From Iphione sp. A-MEVVRFRX5 (taxonomy: Eukaryota), in assembly GCA_976226885.1 (NCBI GenBank), contig OZ320319.1:7006001-7070000 (forward strand): a DNA stretch of 64,000 nt, given 5' to 3'. The notes beneath the pieces are model-generated. The model did no database searches and had not been told where the DNA came from. It saw nothing but the letters and a program-made list of their open reading frames with translations. The first letter of the stretch is position 1. Each line of letters begins with the position of its first letter. Positions 21,424-32,848 of this stretch are shown piece after piece. Position numbers and translations under genes: made by a program.

Positions 21424-24111
21424 ATGGACCATAAATTGGTAGGCCTGGCCATATATCATATCAACGTAAGGAGTCTTAATGGTAAGTTAAATGAATTACG
21501 TTTATTAGTTGGTAAGATTGTACCGGACATATTGATAATTACGGAATCGTGGCTATCCAAGGATATACCGGATGTTATGGTGAATATATATGGTTATACA
21601 TGCGTGCGTAATGACAGGGATGGGAGAGGAGGGGGGGTTATGATGTACCTAAAAACAAATATAAATGAATTTTGCCAGAGTATAAATGAATACGTCATAT
21701 CAAATGCTAATATTGAAACTGTAGGTATCGACCTAAATTTGCCAGGAAATAGTAGGTTGTCTTTATTAGGGACCTATAGGCCGCCTAAAGGGGATATGAG
21801 TCAATGTTTGGAAAATCTGGAGAATCTATTTGATCAGATATTTAATGAAAACAAGCATATTATTATCACGGGGGATTTGAATGTAAATTGGTTAGGTCAT
21901 TCATTAAACAAACGGAAATTTGAAGAATTTCTTTATAGAACCGGTATGAAGCAATTAATTTCGACTATTACGAGACGTTCGGTAATGGGAGGGACGTGTA
22001 TTGACCTCTGTATTACAAATATTAAAGATACTATATCGGCTAAAGTAATAGAGGCGACTATTAGTGATCATGATATGATAGAAATAATACTCATGACGCC
22101 TACAAAGAAGACATATCAAACCTCAACAGTTACGTATCGGGATTTTTCAGGCATAGATACTGACGATCTGGTGAATAGAATGTTAGCTCTACAATGGTGT
22201 GATTTCTATCGATCAGAATGCATACAAGAAAAGTGGGATATAATGTTGAGGAGGATTAGTGCTATATTAAATGATCGTTGTAGGCTAAAGAAATCCAAAA
22301 CAAGAATTGGGTGCCCTAGATGGGTGAATGGCACATTCCTCGACTTGGTTAGAAAGAAACACGATGCTGTGAAACGATTTAGAATCTATGGTCGATTGGA
22401 AGATCGCCTATTAAGTAGAGTATTATATTATAGGGTAAGAAGAATGGCAAATGAGTTACGGCGAAAAGATATCGAGAACAAGTTATGGGAACTAAAAAAT
22501 GAGCCTAGTAAATTTTGGAGTACAGTAAAAAAGTCCTATGGATATAGTAAATCTAAAAGAGAGTTGAAATTGTTAAATAAAAATAACTATCCCCACTCTG
22601 ATAGTGAAATGGCACACATGATTAATGAACATTTTAGCAAGGTGGGGGCTAATGTTGCGGCCAAAGTTGGTAATGGTTTGTACATTCCCAGAGAAATTGT
22701 AGAATCGAGGTTTAATCTTAAAGAATTCAGTATTAGTGATCTATTAAAAACAATAAGGTCTATTTCTGATACTAAAGCAAGTATGGTAAAAGATTTTCCA
22801 TCAAAAATTTTGAAGGATATATTCGCCATTTTATGTTATGAGTTGTTGCATTTGTTAAATGAGATAATACGTCAATGTAAATTCCCAATAGAGTGGACTA
22901 CAGCAATAGTAACGCCATTGCATAAATCCGGAAGTGCATCAGATATGAATAATTTTCGCCCTATAAGTCAACTGCCATTACCTGTAAAAATTTTAGAGAA
23001 AATGATTTACAATGAACTAATGTCATATCTGGAAAAGAACAATCTATTAAGTTCGTGTCAATATGGTTTTCGTCCTAACAGAGGTACTGATCTAGCATTG
23101 TACTCGGTTTTAGAATGTATAACCTTGGCATTAAATAATAAGGAAAAGGTACTTAGTTGTTTCGTCGATTTTTCTAAGGCCTTTGATAGCGTAAATCATG
23201 AAGTGATTTTGTTAAAGTTAAAAGATATAGGGGCTAGCACAATTGTACCATTAATGAAATCCTACCTAAATAATAGATGGCAAATAACCAATGTTCGAGG
23301 TCAAATGAGCACGAGGGTGCATCTAACATGTGGGGTTCCACAGGGCTCAATATTGGGCCCCCTGTTATTTTTAATTTTTATAAATGACTTACCGCAGTAT
23401 ATAAAGTATTCCCGTTGTTACATGTATGCTGATGATGTGGTTTTCATTCTAGCCTCTAAGAGTAAAGAGGATGCGTGCTACTTTTTACAAAAGGACTTGG
23501 ATAGTCTCCAGCATTGGAGTAACTGTAATAAAATCTTAGTAAATGTGTCAAAAACTAAGTTAATGTCATTTGCATATAAGCGTACGGAGATGAACTATCC
23601 GATTAGGCTAGGCAATAATGTGTTAGAATGGGTGACAACATTCAAATATCTAGGAGTTAATTTACAGAATAATCTGAAATGGGAATGTTTTATTGACGAA
23701 ATGATTCGTAAAGGGTATGCAAGGCTAAATCAGTTCAAATTTATTAGGAAAGAGTTAACTATTTTTCGGTCGCTACAATTGGCAAAAACAATGATCCTGC
23801 CAGCTATTGATTATAACACTTTTGTATTGTGTAATGTTAAAGGAAATCGATATGAAAAATTAATAACGTTGAGAAGAGCAGTATATAGAACATGTATGAA
23901 GCCAATGATTCCTCCAAGTAGGGATGAAATACATGCAGAAATACAAGGTATTGTCGATGCGACCATTTTTAGGTTAGGGTACTATCACAATAGTTTGGAT
24001 AGAGCTGATATTGGTATAGAAAGAATGGTTAGAACGCGTAATCAACGGCGCAGAGTAATAAAGCATATCAGGCCAAAGAAAGAGGCTACACGACGATCAG
24101 TTCCGTATTGA
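21424..24111 (+). CDS. ORF3/pol of element 2: APE endonuclease + reverse transcriptase (895 aa; TGA at 24109 probably premature, homologous end at 24234)
   Basis: HINVRS, ITESWL, YRPP, GDLN, IDLCI, SDHD; NFRPIS, QYGF, DFSKAFD, GVPQGSILGPLLF, YADD, KYLGV; after the TGA the frame continues FQQ...WKR...NYFVP*, matching element 1 HFQQ...WKR...NYYVP*. Confidence 0.93.
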   Translation: MDHKLVGLAIYHINVRSLNGKLNELRLLVGKIVPDILIITESWLSKDIPDVMVNIYGYTCVRNDRDGRGGGVMMYLKTNINEFCQSINEYVISNANIETVGIDLNLPGNSRLSLLGTYRPPKGDMSQCLENLENLFDQIFNENKHIIITGDLNVNWLGHSLNKRKFEEFLYRTGMKQLISTITRRSVMGGTCIDLCITNIKDTISAKVIEATISDHDMIEIILMTPTKKTYQTSTVTYRDFSGIDTDDLVNRMLALQWCDFYRSECIQEKWDIMLRRISAILNDRCRLKKSKTRIGCPRWVNGTFLDLVRKKHDAVKRFRIYGRLEDRLLSRVLYYRVRRMANELRRKDIENKLWELKNEPSKFWSTVKKSYGYSKSKRELKLLNKNNYPHSDSEMAHMINEHFSKVGANVAAKVGNGLYIPREIVESRFNLKEFSISDLLKTIRSISDTKASMVKDFPSKILKDIFAILCYELLHLLNEIIRQCKFPIEWTTAIVTPLHKSGSASDMNNFRPISQLPLPVKILEKMIYNELMSYLEKNNLLSSCQYGFRPNRGTDLALYSVLECITLALNNKEKVLSCFVDFSKAFDSVNHEVILLKLKDIGASTIVPLMKSYLNNRWQITNVRGQMSTRVHLTCGVPQGSILGPLLFLIFINDLPQYIKYSRCYMYADDVVFILASKSKEDACYFLQKDLDSLQHWSNCNKILVNVSKTKLMSFAYKRTEMNYPIRLGNNVLEWVTTFKYLGVNLQNNLKWECFIDEMIRKGYARLNQFKFIRKELTIFRSLQLAKTMILPAIDYNTFVLCNVKGNRYEKLITLRRAVYRTCMKPMIPPSRDEIHAEIQGIVDATIFRLGYYHNSLDRADIGIERMVRTRNQRRRVIKHIRPKKEATRRSVPY

Positions 24112-24259
24112 TTTCAGCAGTTATGGGACAGTTTGTCTGTTGATGAATCACATTATGATGTGAATCACATGAAAGCATTATGGAAAAGAATCCGTGTAAG
24201 CAAAAGGGCAAGTATGAATTATTTTGTACCATAGTTTGTTCTACTGCTGTAAGGTGGGA

Positions 24260-24569
24260 GGATGTAATCCTAAAAACTAGCACCGTGGATTCTAGAACGA
24301 CCAAATTAATTACAATGTTATTAATCTACTGCTTGGTAATGCCATAGGAAGGATGTAATCCTGACACTGGAGCTGTTTTGGAGAATAATCAGAAGATCTC
24401 GTTTAGGAGGGATGTAATCCTGTATAAATGAGTATATACTTTAAATAAATTGAAAGCAGTTAAATTAAAGACAGCTAGTCTAATAACAAAAGGTAGTGTG
24501 GTGGGATGTAATCCTATTAATACAGTAATAAGAACTCCAATATGATGATACTATGGTAGGATGTGATCC
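24260..24569 (+). other. 3' UTR array of five GGAT-GTR-ATCC mini-hairpins (element 2)
   Basis: GGATGTAATCC at 24260, 24351, 24410, 24504; GGATGTGATCC at 24559. Confidence 0.75.
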
Positions 24570-25919
24570 TGGATATAAAACTTCTATAAAACTTCTATAA
24601 ATATTATTTCATTAAGGTAGACTTATCTGTAGTCGCGAGTATAGATAGATATATTGTATCAGGCTGATAGCAAAATTAAGTAAGTAAGATGTATTATGAC
24701 ATAGTGAGACTAGAGCCACTCCATAGAAAAGGAAAAAATTAACACAATAGAAATTAAATAGAAAGCTATATAGGAAAGAAAGACAGCTTGTTAATGTACC
24801 AACCACTTTCATTATTCTCATTTTATTCTTTTATTATCTCAATGATGTATTATTGATTCATGTTAAAGTGGTCTGTATCAAACTGCACACCTGGCTGCAA
24901 ATACTTCAATGTATCATATATAGCCAGTATAAATAAAGAATATAATAATAATATAATATGTAAATTAACTGAAGCTCATTACTAACACTATTACTACTTA
25001 CTTATTATAAATGAAATCGATGTAAATGCGGCTGGCAGCAAATACGACTATGTATGAACATTGCCAGGATAAATAAAGAATTAATAATAATAATGTCCAC
25101 TACCAGCTACTGTGCTTTGAACTTATGGTAAAAATTACCTCCAAATAGAATGTTACTATTAAGTACGGAGTTTAAGCTTATCTCCATAAGAGAAAGGTAG
25201 AAAAGACAATAAGGAGGGTGAAACATAATAATTTAGGGTATACAATTGTATGATTAGCTGGGAGCAGAAATATATGGCCCAGAAGTATAAGACTAGATGA
25301 TACAACCATATTAACTATATTACTCCTGGGACCATTGCTAACAGTCAAAATTATAATAAGAATCAGAAGAAGGACAGATTGTCAACCTGGACCTACTATG
25401 CTATGATATGAATAAATCTTTGGTCATATGGTATTGCATAGTATTGATATTAAACAAATTTTTCAGAGTGGCTTTATTTTTCAGAGTGGTTTTATTAATA
25501 AATGATTGACAACTCCTTTGTTGATGGACCTGTGGGCAGGGGACACGATGTCAACCTGCATCCCTGACTTATTACAGCATAGCATATAATGTAAAATTCT
25601 ACAGTAGTGCAATGATACTAGTTTGTACAAATATGTAGATACAATCAATTCATTTCAAGTGGTCCACATGATGTGTTTTCATCATCATTCACTCTGGACA
25701 CAATATACTAAATGTATGTGTTTGTTAGAGATTGGAATCTCCCTCGGGATCTTCTTGGGCTGGTTGGGTTATACACACTTCTGATGCACTCTCTTTGGGC
25801 CCAGCCTTTCATTCTTCTTCTTCTTCTTTTTGATCCAGTGCAGCCTGTTGCTCCGGGTCTAATGTGATGTCTCTTTTACCGAGTAAGGCTTAATAAAGTC
25901 TATTGCTGCTGCCTTATTA

Positions 25920-26880
25920 CATGTTTGCTTACTTTTAGGGGTAAAAGAGATCAATAAAGTTGTTGCTGATAACTTGTCTCTTCTTGGAATTACTTGGAGT
26001 CCAAATATATTTTGAGCACATCAATGGGATGATACTCTCCTCTCCTAACAGCACCTTGTATAAGGGTAATGTGGCAGAATAAAACTAGTGGTGGTAGATG
26101 ATGGGCTTATGAGTCAGACCAGAGCTACTACCTTTCCATCCAGTGTGTAGTGATAAAGTCTCAAGGAGATGTGAAGTCTCAGCTGGTTCTTGTAGAGTGG
26201 CTGGCTGAGAGTCTTCTGTAGTCTCTGGAGAAGGAGTGCTTTTGCCTGATCTCTGCTTGTCTATGGTGGTGGTGATCCCAAGGGTGGAATGCCCACTGAG
26301 GGTTTGCTGGCTGCCTATATACCCCTAGCTCATCTCTCTTTGGTCTAGATGAGACTCTACTCTGATTGGATGGTTCAGCACCATCCCGTAAAAGGAGTGG
26401 TGGTTTGGGCATTAAGGGAAGCCAGACTGTTTTTAGCCCATGGCCCTAGAGCACTGGAGGGTGAGGGTTAGGGATTTGTGACCAAATAAGGAGAGGGGAG
26501 AGTCCAGGACTATTTCTGTATCAGGACCCTGAGCTGGGGTAGAGATTCCTGGACATATAAGGAGAGGAGAGCATCGAGGACTATTCCTGAATCAGGACCC
26601 AGAGCTGGGGATAGAGATTCATGCCCATATTAGGAGGGGGGAGAGTGCAGGACTGGTTCTCGGTCATGGGCCTGAGCTACCTTTGGGCAAGGGTTTCCTA
26701 CCTTAGAGGAAAGGTTCTTTACCTTTGAGGGAAGGTTTGCCACCTTCAGGGGAAGGTTCTCTACCTTTGTGAAAAGGTTTCCTACCTTTGTAGAAAGGTT
26801 CACTACCTTTGGGGAAAGGTTCTTTACCTTCGTGGAAAGGTTTCCTACACTTGTGGAGGGGCTTCCTGGGGAGTTGATGA
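25920..26880 (-). mobile_element. GC-richer LTR-like element with minus-strand CCAAT/TATA and a 21-bp tandem array (26690-26865)
   Basis: CCAAT (plus ATTGG ~26367) then TATA (~26320) on minus strand; related to 30440-31791; no TSD or paired LTR identified. Confidence 0.35.
26690..26865. repeat. 21-bp tandem repeat x~8 (GAAAGGTTYYCTACCTTTGNG-like)
   Basis: Periodic GGAAAGGTT...TACCTT read directly; gives heptad peptide repeats in the ORF track. Confidence 0.9.
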
Positions 26881-27544
26881 TTGAAGGTATTGATAACTTA
26901 ACATGTTGCCAAAATAAAACCATTCAAAATTTTTGTAAAATATGTCTTTACTAACCAAACACCATACTCAAAGTTATTACAAAAATTGATGTTTTCCATC
27001 TCAGGAGAAGCAGTACTTTATTCAAGGTGTATTAAATCTGTAGGCTAAATTTGTATCTTCACTGATAAAAACAGAGGGGACAACATTCACAGGCATACAC
27101 TGATCTTATTTGGCCACTGGTGTGAACATCTGATGGCTATTTATATCCTTGTGGATAGAGATCAATCACTGTGACAACACTTTAAACAATTTGGCAAGAA
27201 ACCTGGAACAATGCTTTCATATATTAGACCTAAACAGGTTGCTATGAGCAAACAGCATGACTGTCTTTACTGTAAGACCTATCAGTAGCTTTTGTCGTGA
27301 ATATGTCTGTGGTCAACAATAATATACCCTACTAAACTACATCGTGTGCACATCACTAGATTAACACTGTCAAACAATGGCTGTCAAAGTTGTATTGAAA
27401 ATAAATAGCATGCCTGGGTAGCTGTCACTAACTGTAGTAGATAAACTTGTTATTCATGAGTTCACACACTTGTCAATCGCCTACTACAGAATCAATGTGA
27501 ACAAAACTAAACGAGACACTAGGTGTTACAAGGGTTAAAGCATA

Positions 27545-27590
27545 AATTGAGATTGAGATTGAGATTGAGATTGGTTTATTGTCATCTCTA
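27545..27590 (-). repeat. (GATTGA)4 microsatellite next to minus-strand AATAAA; likely 3' tail of a retroposon
   Basis: Minus strand reads ...GACAATAAACCAATCTCAATCTCAATCTCAATCTCAAT. Confidence 0.5.
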
Positions 27591-28215
27591 TAAATCAAGT
27601 ACAGAGATATCATTGACAACATTTGTGCGGAACAAGTTCAATGGGCAATAAAGCAAATCGTGCAGTTTGTATATCACACACTTAACGTAGACATTGTAAG
27701 AAATAGTGAATGACAGTACAACACCTTAAAAGAGAAAATCTTATATCTGATAATACCAAATTTATGCTGATGTAACCTCAACATTCTGTGTCAGTACTGT
27801 GAATATTACAGACATCGTTATGCATGTTGCCCATAGCATTGCAATACTTCCCGGAGGGTGTTAGCAAAATACAACCCTATTTTGACCTTTCAGACTTCAC
27901 AGTCATTGTCTTTCAAGTGTCATTGAGTACAGTTTGGTTATACAAGTGTACAAATGAATAGACCAAGTGTACAAGCAATTTTCAAGACATGATCTAGGGT
28001 AGAGTGAGCAGCATTTGTTTTCCCCTCTATGCAGTTTCCTCTTATCAAAATGCATCTAGTTTAGACCATGTGGACTCAGACAATGGCTGGTAATTCAAAT
28101 CGCCAAGGAACCAGCATCAGAAAGCAGTTGTCCCTAATCAAATCTTCAATAGCAGCATTGACCAGTAATGAATTTACAAAAGAAGAGATGAGGACGATTC
28201 ATTTTTATGAGCATA

Positions 28216-29191
28216 CAGTGGAATCTCTATTTCTGACCTATGCAATTTCCGACCACAATGCCCATTCCGACCATTTGGGCTTGGTACCAAAATTTTGTCT
28301 ATGTCAATACAGGAGGTGATCGATTTCCGACTAAATCAATTTCCGACCAATTTCAGCTTCTGACCAATCAATAATAGATGAATTCTAGTGTATTTTACCA
28401 TTGATTTTCTACTGGCTGTGTCAACATGGCCTGTCTCACAAGCTCAGTAGGCCAAGCCCGAGGCCTTACAGTGGGCATAAGGAAAACTATTAACAAGGAG
28501 ATAAATATTGTCAATCAGTTAATAATCAAGTACTTTCTTTATACATTGCCAGAAAGATCCCATGGCAGATGTTCGCTTTACTGTTACTGGCAAATTGTCC
28601 CAGGTTGTCATGCCATTCTGATGTCCCTGACAGTTAAAACAGTGGTCGGGAGAGGCATAGGGCGTTAACGGCAACCACTCTGATGTTGCTCACACCCTAG
28701 AGGGGCTGGTGGGAGAGACCGGGGGTCTAAACCCGCCAATTTACAGTCTGAACCTGCTGATTCATGGTCTATACCCGTCGAAATTCACTCTGAAGAGACC
28801 GGGGGCGTCAATGGTGACCCCTCTGATGTTGCTCCCACCCTGGAGGGGCTGGTTGGGAGAGACCTAGGGTGTTAATGGTGACCTGTCAGATGTCTTTCAC
28901 ACCTGAAAATTACCTTTTTTAGGACTCTTACTCGTCAAATTCTGCACTTTTTTTACTCACTCATCCAATTCAGCATTTTGTTACTCTTACTCATCGAAAT
29001 CAGCACCTGTTGGACTCTTACTTGTCAAATTCAGCCTTTTTTGACCCGTCAAAATAGCACTTTCTGGACTTTTTGTCTGCTATTAGAGAGAGAGGGATAT
29101 TTTAGCAAAGACAAATAGGATTTCCAACCATTCTCTCCATTCCGACCATTCAGCTTGGAACAGAGTGTGGTCGGAAATAGAGATTTGACTG
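28216..29191. mobile_element. Tc1/mariner-type MITE (~976 bp), 23-bp TIRs, TA target duplication
   Basis: TA|CAGTGGAATCTCTATTTCTGACC ... GGTCGGAAATAGAGATTTGACTG|TA (20/23 match); subterminal TTCCGACC repeats. Confidence 0.85.
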
Positions 29192-30439
29192 TAATATGAA
29201 CATAGCTGATATCAGACATACACTGATAATGGTAAATAAGCAAGCTTATGATATTTAGAATCTATTAGGATAACTTATATCTTCCCATTGATATGATGAT
29301 TATGGTTCTACCTTACCAGATTTCATGTACATGTATTACATATTGAGCAAATAAATGAAAGTAAAATAAAATAGGAAATTTGTAACTGATCTCATTGTTT
29401 CATTTCAATGTGGAGATAAATATTGCTTTCCAAATTATAAATATATATACTTATGACTATGGAAAGGTGATTTCAGTTTATGTCTGCAAATATAATTATA
29501 AAACAGATGCACACCATTTAGAATCAGGGCACATACTGAACAGACTTTCAGACTTGTAAAATCTTAGGACCTAGGTTTTTTCTGGGAACAAAATTACTAG
29601 AAAAATGCAACCTCCTAATTGATATTAAATGTCGGCTACTCATCCACTGTGTCCTTTAGGTTAGCCATCATAACTTGAACTCTGTCAGCCTAGAGCAGTT
29701 TTACAACTTCAGGAGTCATGTAAAATAGGATATATTCAATATTTACTATTCCCCTTAATAGTCACAAAGATCAATTTAATGGCTTTAAATTTATGGAAAC
29801 ATCCACTGTCAGATAGATAAGTTCACATGGAAACATTGTAGAGTTTCCTGATAATAATCTGTGATCTAAAAATCAATTGCCTGTGCCAACCTTTAACATT
29901 GACCTGCACATATAATAGCAAGACTAATTTATGGAGCTCAGGACTATAAAATCATTTGCATTTTACTCTCTTTACTTTTGCTTCCTGGTCAGTAAGTAAT
30001 GCAATGCAGTCTCTAAAGCTCTGGTGTTCATTTTGTAGTATGTGAGCTGATTTATCCAAACATAAAAAAACTGAGCTTATTTATATTACTTTCTTTTGCA
30101 AAACATCATTTATCAAGGCCTATTGAAATTTTGTGGTAAAAGAGAAATCATGTTTAGAGAAAATATATCAATTCTTAATTACATGCACCAGCATAAAGTT
30201 ACAAGATTGATATATCAGAGATAGATATACCAAAGTCCAAGATATGCATGCATACACAGTTTAGGCCTATAATATGCTTTTGCTATCTTTCAATTCAGTG
30301 TAATAGAGTAATAAGATACCGTGTGCATGTATTGAGTCAAATGAGTATCGACCTACAATACATTTTTATATTGTTACCTTGTTTGACCATTTGTCTCAAA
30401 TCAATTAATTTAGTCAACACATAGAATATGAATATGTAT

Positions 30440-31791
30440 TTGTGATGTTTTGCCTACTGCGGGATATCAGTTCCCTCAGGATCTTAGGGGAGGGTTATAT
30501 CGAATAAAGCGAACTGCTGTTACCAAAGGACTGCCTTCAGGTCCTGTCTTTCCTTCTCTCTTCTTCTGCCGGTGATTGTCCAGTGGTGGCTGGGTTCAAT
30601 CTGGTTGCTCTCACCAGTACAGTGTGGCTAAAAGGGACTGTGCCTTACGCATGGCAGTATTAGTAGCAGTAAAAATGACAACAAGTTCAGTGAAGTAGAG
30701 TTCAGAACGCTTTATTCAGAGCACATCAAAGAGATGGTACTCTCCCTCTCCTGACAACATACAGCAATATGGCAGACAGACTATGTAACACACCCTAATC
30801 TTGTGGCTAGAAGACAGCATCAGACCCGGGAGTCAGACCAGAGTTCGTGCCTCGCAACCCCATGTAGAAGAGCCAAGGTCTTGCAGAATGTTGGGGCCTC
30901 AGCTGGTTTTGGCAGGCAGGCTGGCTAGCTGGCTCGCAGGCCGCTGTAGGAGGCTGGAGGCTTGAAGGCTCTTGGTGCAGGGTGGCTCTGGTCTGGTCTT
31001 GTCTGGTGTCCTCAGGTGGCGATCTCAGGGGTGAGACCTCGAGTGATGATGGGCATGCTCCTTATATCCCAACCAGTCTCATGATGCTATCTCCTTATTG
31101 GCCAAGGGAAAGGCCATTCTGATTGGAGTGTCAGGTTCAGACCACCTGGGGTGGATCTTTGAAGTGACCCAGGGCTTTGAAGTGGACCACATGGCCCAGA
31201 GGCTGGCCAGGGGGTATGTCCTAACAAAACACTGATGGCAGACCTGTCCTCACAAGGTAGGGGCCATATGGAGTCTTAGTCTTTGAAGCGGGTGGTCCCC
31301 TCGGACCCATGGCCACCTGGCCTAGGCCCTCTGAACTCAGGGGAGTCGCCCAGGCGGGGGCCATCTGGAGTCCCGGTTTTGAAGTGAGTAGTCTCATCGG
31401 GACCATGGCCACCTGGTCTCGGCTTTCTGGAGTCAGGGAAGTCCCTCCAGATGGGAGGCCATCTGGTTTCTCTTGGAGTCAAGGGAGTTTTCCAGATGGG
31501 GGCCATCCGGGCTGGCCTTTATTTTAAGTTTTCTCCAAGATCAAGATCTTTTAGTCCTTTGAAGTGAGTGGACCCAAGGTCAAGGTCGAGCAGTCCCTCC
31601 AAGTGCCGGCCACCCAGGCGGCATCCCTCGCAGGAGTGCCACAAGGTCAAGGTCCTTCAGCCTGAGGACGCGGGGCACCAAGGTCAAGGTCACTGCCTTG
31701 ACCCTCAGAGAGTCTGGGAGCTCCGACCGACCGTCCAGAGAAGGGGGCTTATCTGGTTGTCGCTTATGCCAGGCCGAGGCACCCCCACACA
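30440..31791 (-). mobile_element. LTR-like element (TG...CA) with minus-strand CCAAT x2, TATA, AATAAA and internal GC-rich repeats
   Basis: Plus-strand ATTGG at ~31098 and ~31122, TTATAT at ~31062, TTTATT at ~30711 give U3-R-U5 order on minus strand; alignable to 25920-26880; no clear TSD. Confidence 0.4.
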
Positions 31792-32848
31792 ATTAAAAGG
31801 CATTGATAATCTTACATATGCATTATATATAGGCTCATCAAAGGCTACAGCTGTCATCTTGAATAATGTTTGTGTAAGTTTCCTTTCAGGGTTTCATTTG
31901 ATTTCCAATGCATAACAATTTCTTAAATACCTGTTCCTTGAAACGAAATAAAATCAAGAATAATCTCCATCAGAAATTAATGAGGTTTCTTACCCCACAG
32001 ATCCGAGCATATTGCACATTAGATCTAATTGATGTAATGTCTTTAAAAAGTGGGGGTTTGCCACCAAATAAATTATTTGCATTGGTATAATAATGCTACA
32101 CATTATTGCTTATGAAGCAGACATCACTCAAACATGCTGTAAAACCTACATGTTGAAGATTTCAGAAGAAATGTCATTACTTGATTTCATAGGAGGTGCC
32201 AATTGAAATCTGTTTTATACTTTTTTCTGTTTTGACTTTTATGCATAGAATATATTCTACCAGAAAGTGACTCCAGAATCTATTATCTCTGTCTTGTATA
32301 CTTGATTATGTAGGAGGTGGCAATTGAAATCTGTTTTTTTATATTTCAGATCATTGTCATTATTGCACTGATTGACATTCATGTAATTATTAGTAAAGCA
32401 TTATCCTGTATTAGGGATGTATTTGGATTGGTCATTGTGGCTGATTGATTCAAGGAATCAGTTTGCAGAAATATAGTGTCACAAGAAATATTCAGGTCAT
32501 TTACAGATTTTAATTCTTCTTATATATACAGCCACCTTATACTTATTAATGGAACAATAAAAATTCCCAGTCTGAGACAATATTTTCATTTCATAACATT
32601 GAGGAACACTGATGAGATGAGATAATCCAGATCTGGAAGTGTGAATCTGGATTTGAAAGCATGATTAATGATCCAGCAGATGCTATAAAAATTAGACAGC
32701 TCCAGTAAAACATCGTGCCACTATATATGTACATGCAGTTAACTATCACTATTGTGATATTGATTGATTACGTCGCCAAAACTACAGTGAAGCAAGATTG
32801 AATGGTCAGGCTGAAGGGAAAAGAACCAGTGCAAGTTTTTGTATTGTA

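Larger units (their letters stand above)
17640..24601 (+). mobile_element. Non-LTR retrotransposon 2, same three-ORF architecture, divergent family; termini approximate
   Basis: ORF1/ORF2/ORF3 homologous and colinear with element 1; 3' end marked by (TATAAAACTTC)n-like repeat at 24574-24601. Confidence 0.9.

Noticed and set aside
15061-24111. UGA recoding (selenocysteine/readthrough) explaining the TGA stops, one of which aligns with Cys
   Set aside because: A TAA and a frameshift also occur in element 1 pol; TGA positions are not shared between elements; the UTR hairpins are far too small for SECIS; ordinary mutation suffices.
17373-24569. RT plus hairpin arrays as a CRISPR, retron, DGR or DRT-like system
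   Set aside because: The RT is fused to an APE endonuclease and has LINE motifs; repeats are only 11 nt with irregular spacers; no template/variable repeat pair.
11030-24601. A cognate DarT-like ADP-ribosyltransferase toxin next to the NADAR domains
   Set aside because: No ART-like ORF recognised in either element or elsewhere in the window, so no toxin-antitoxin pair is claimed.
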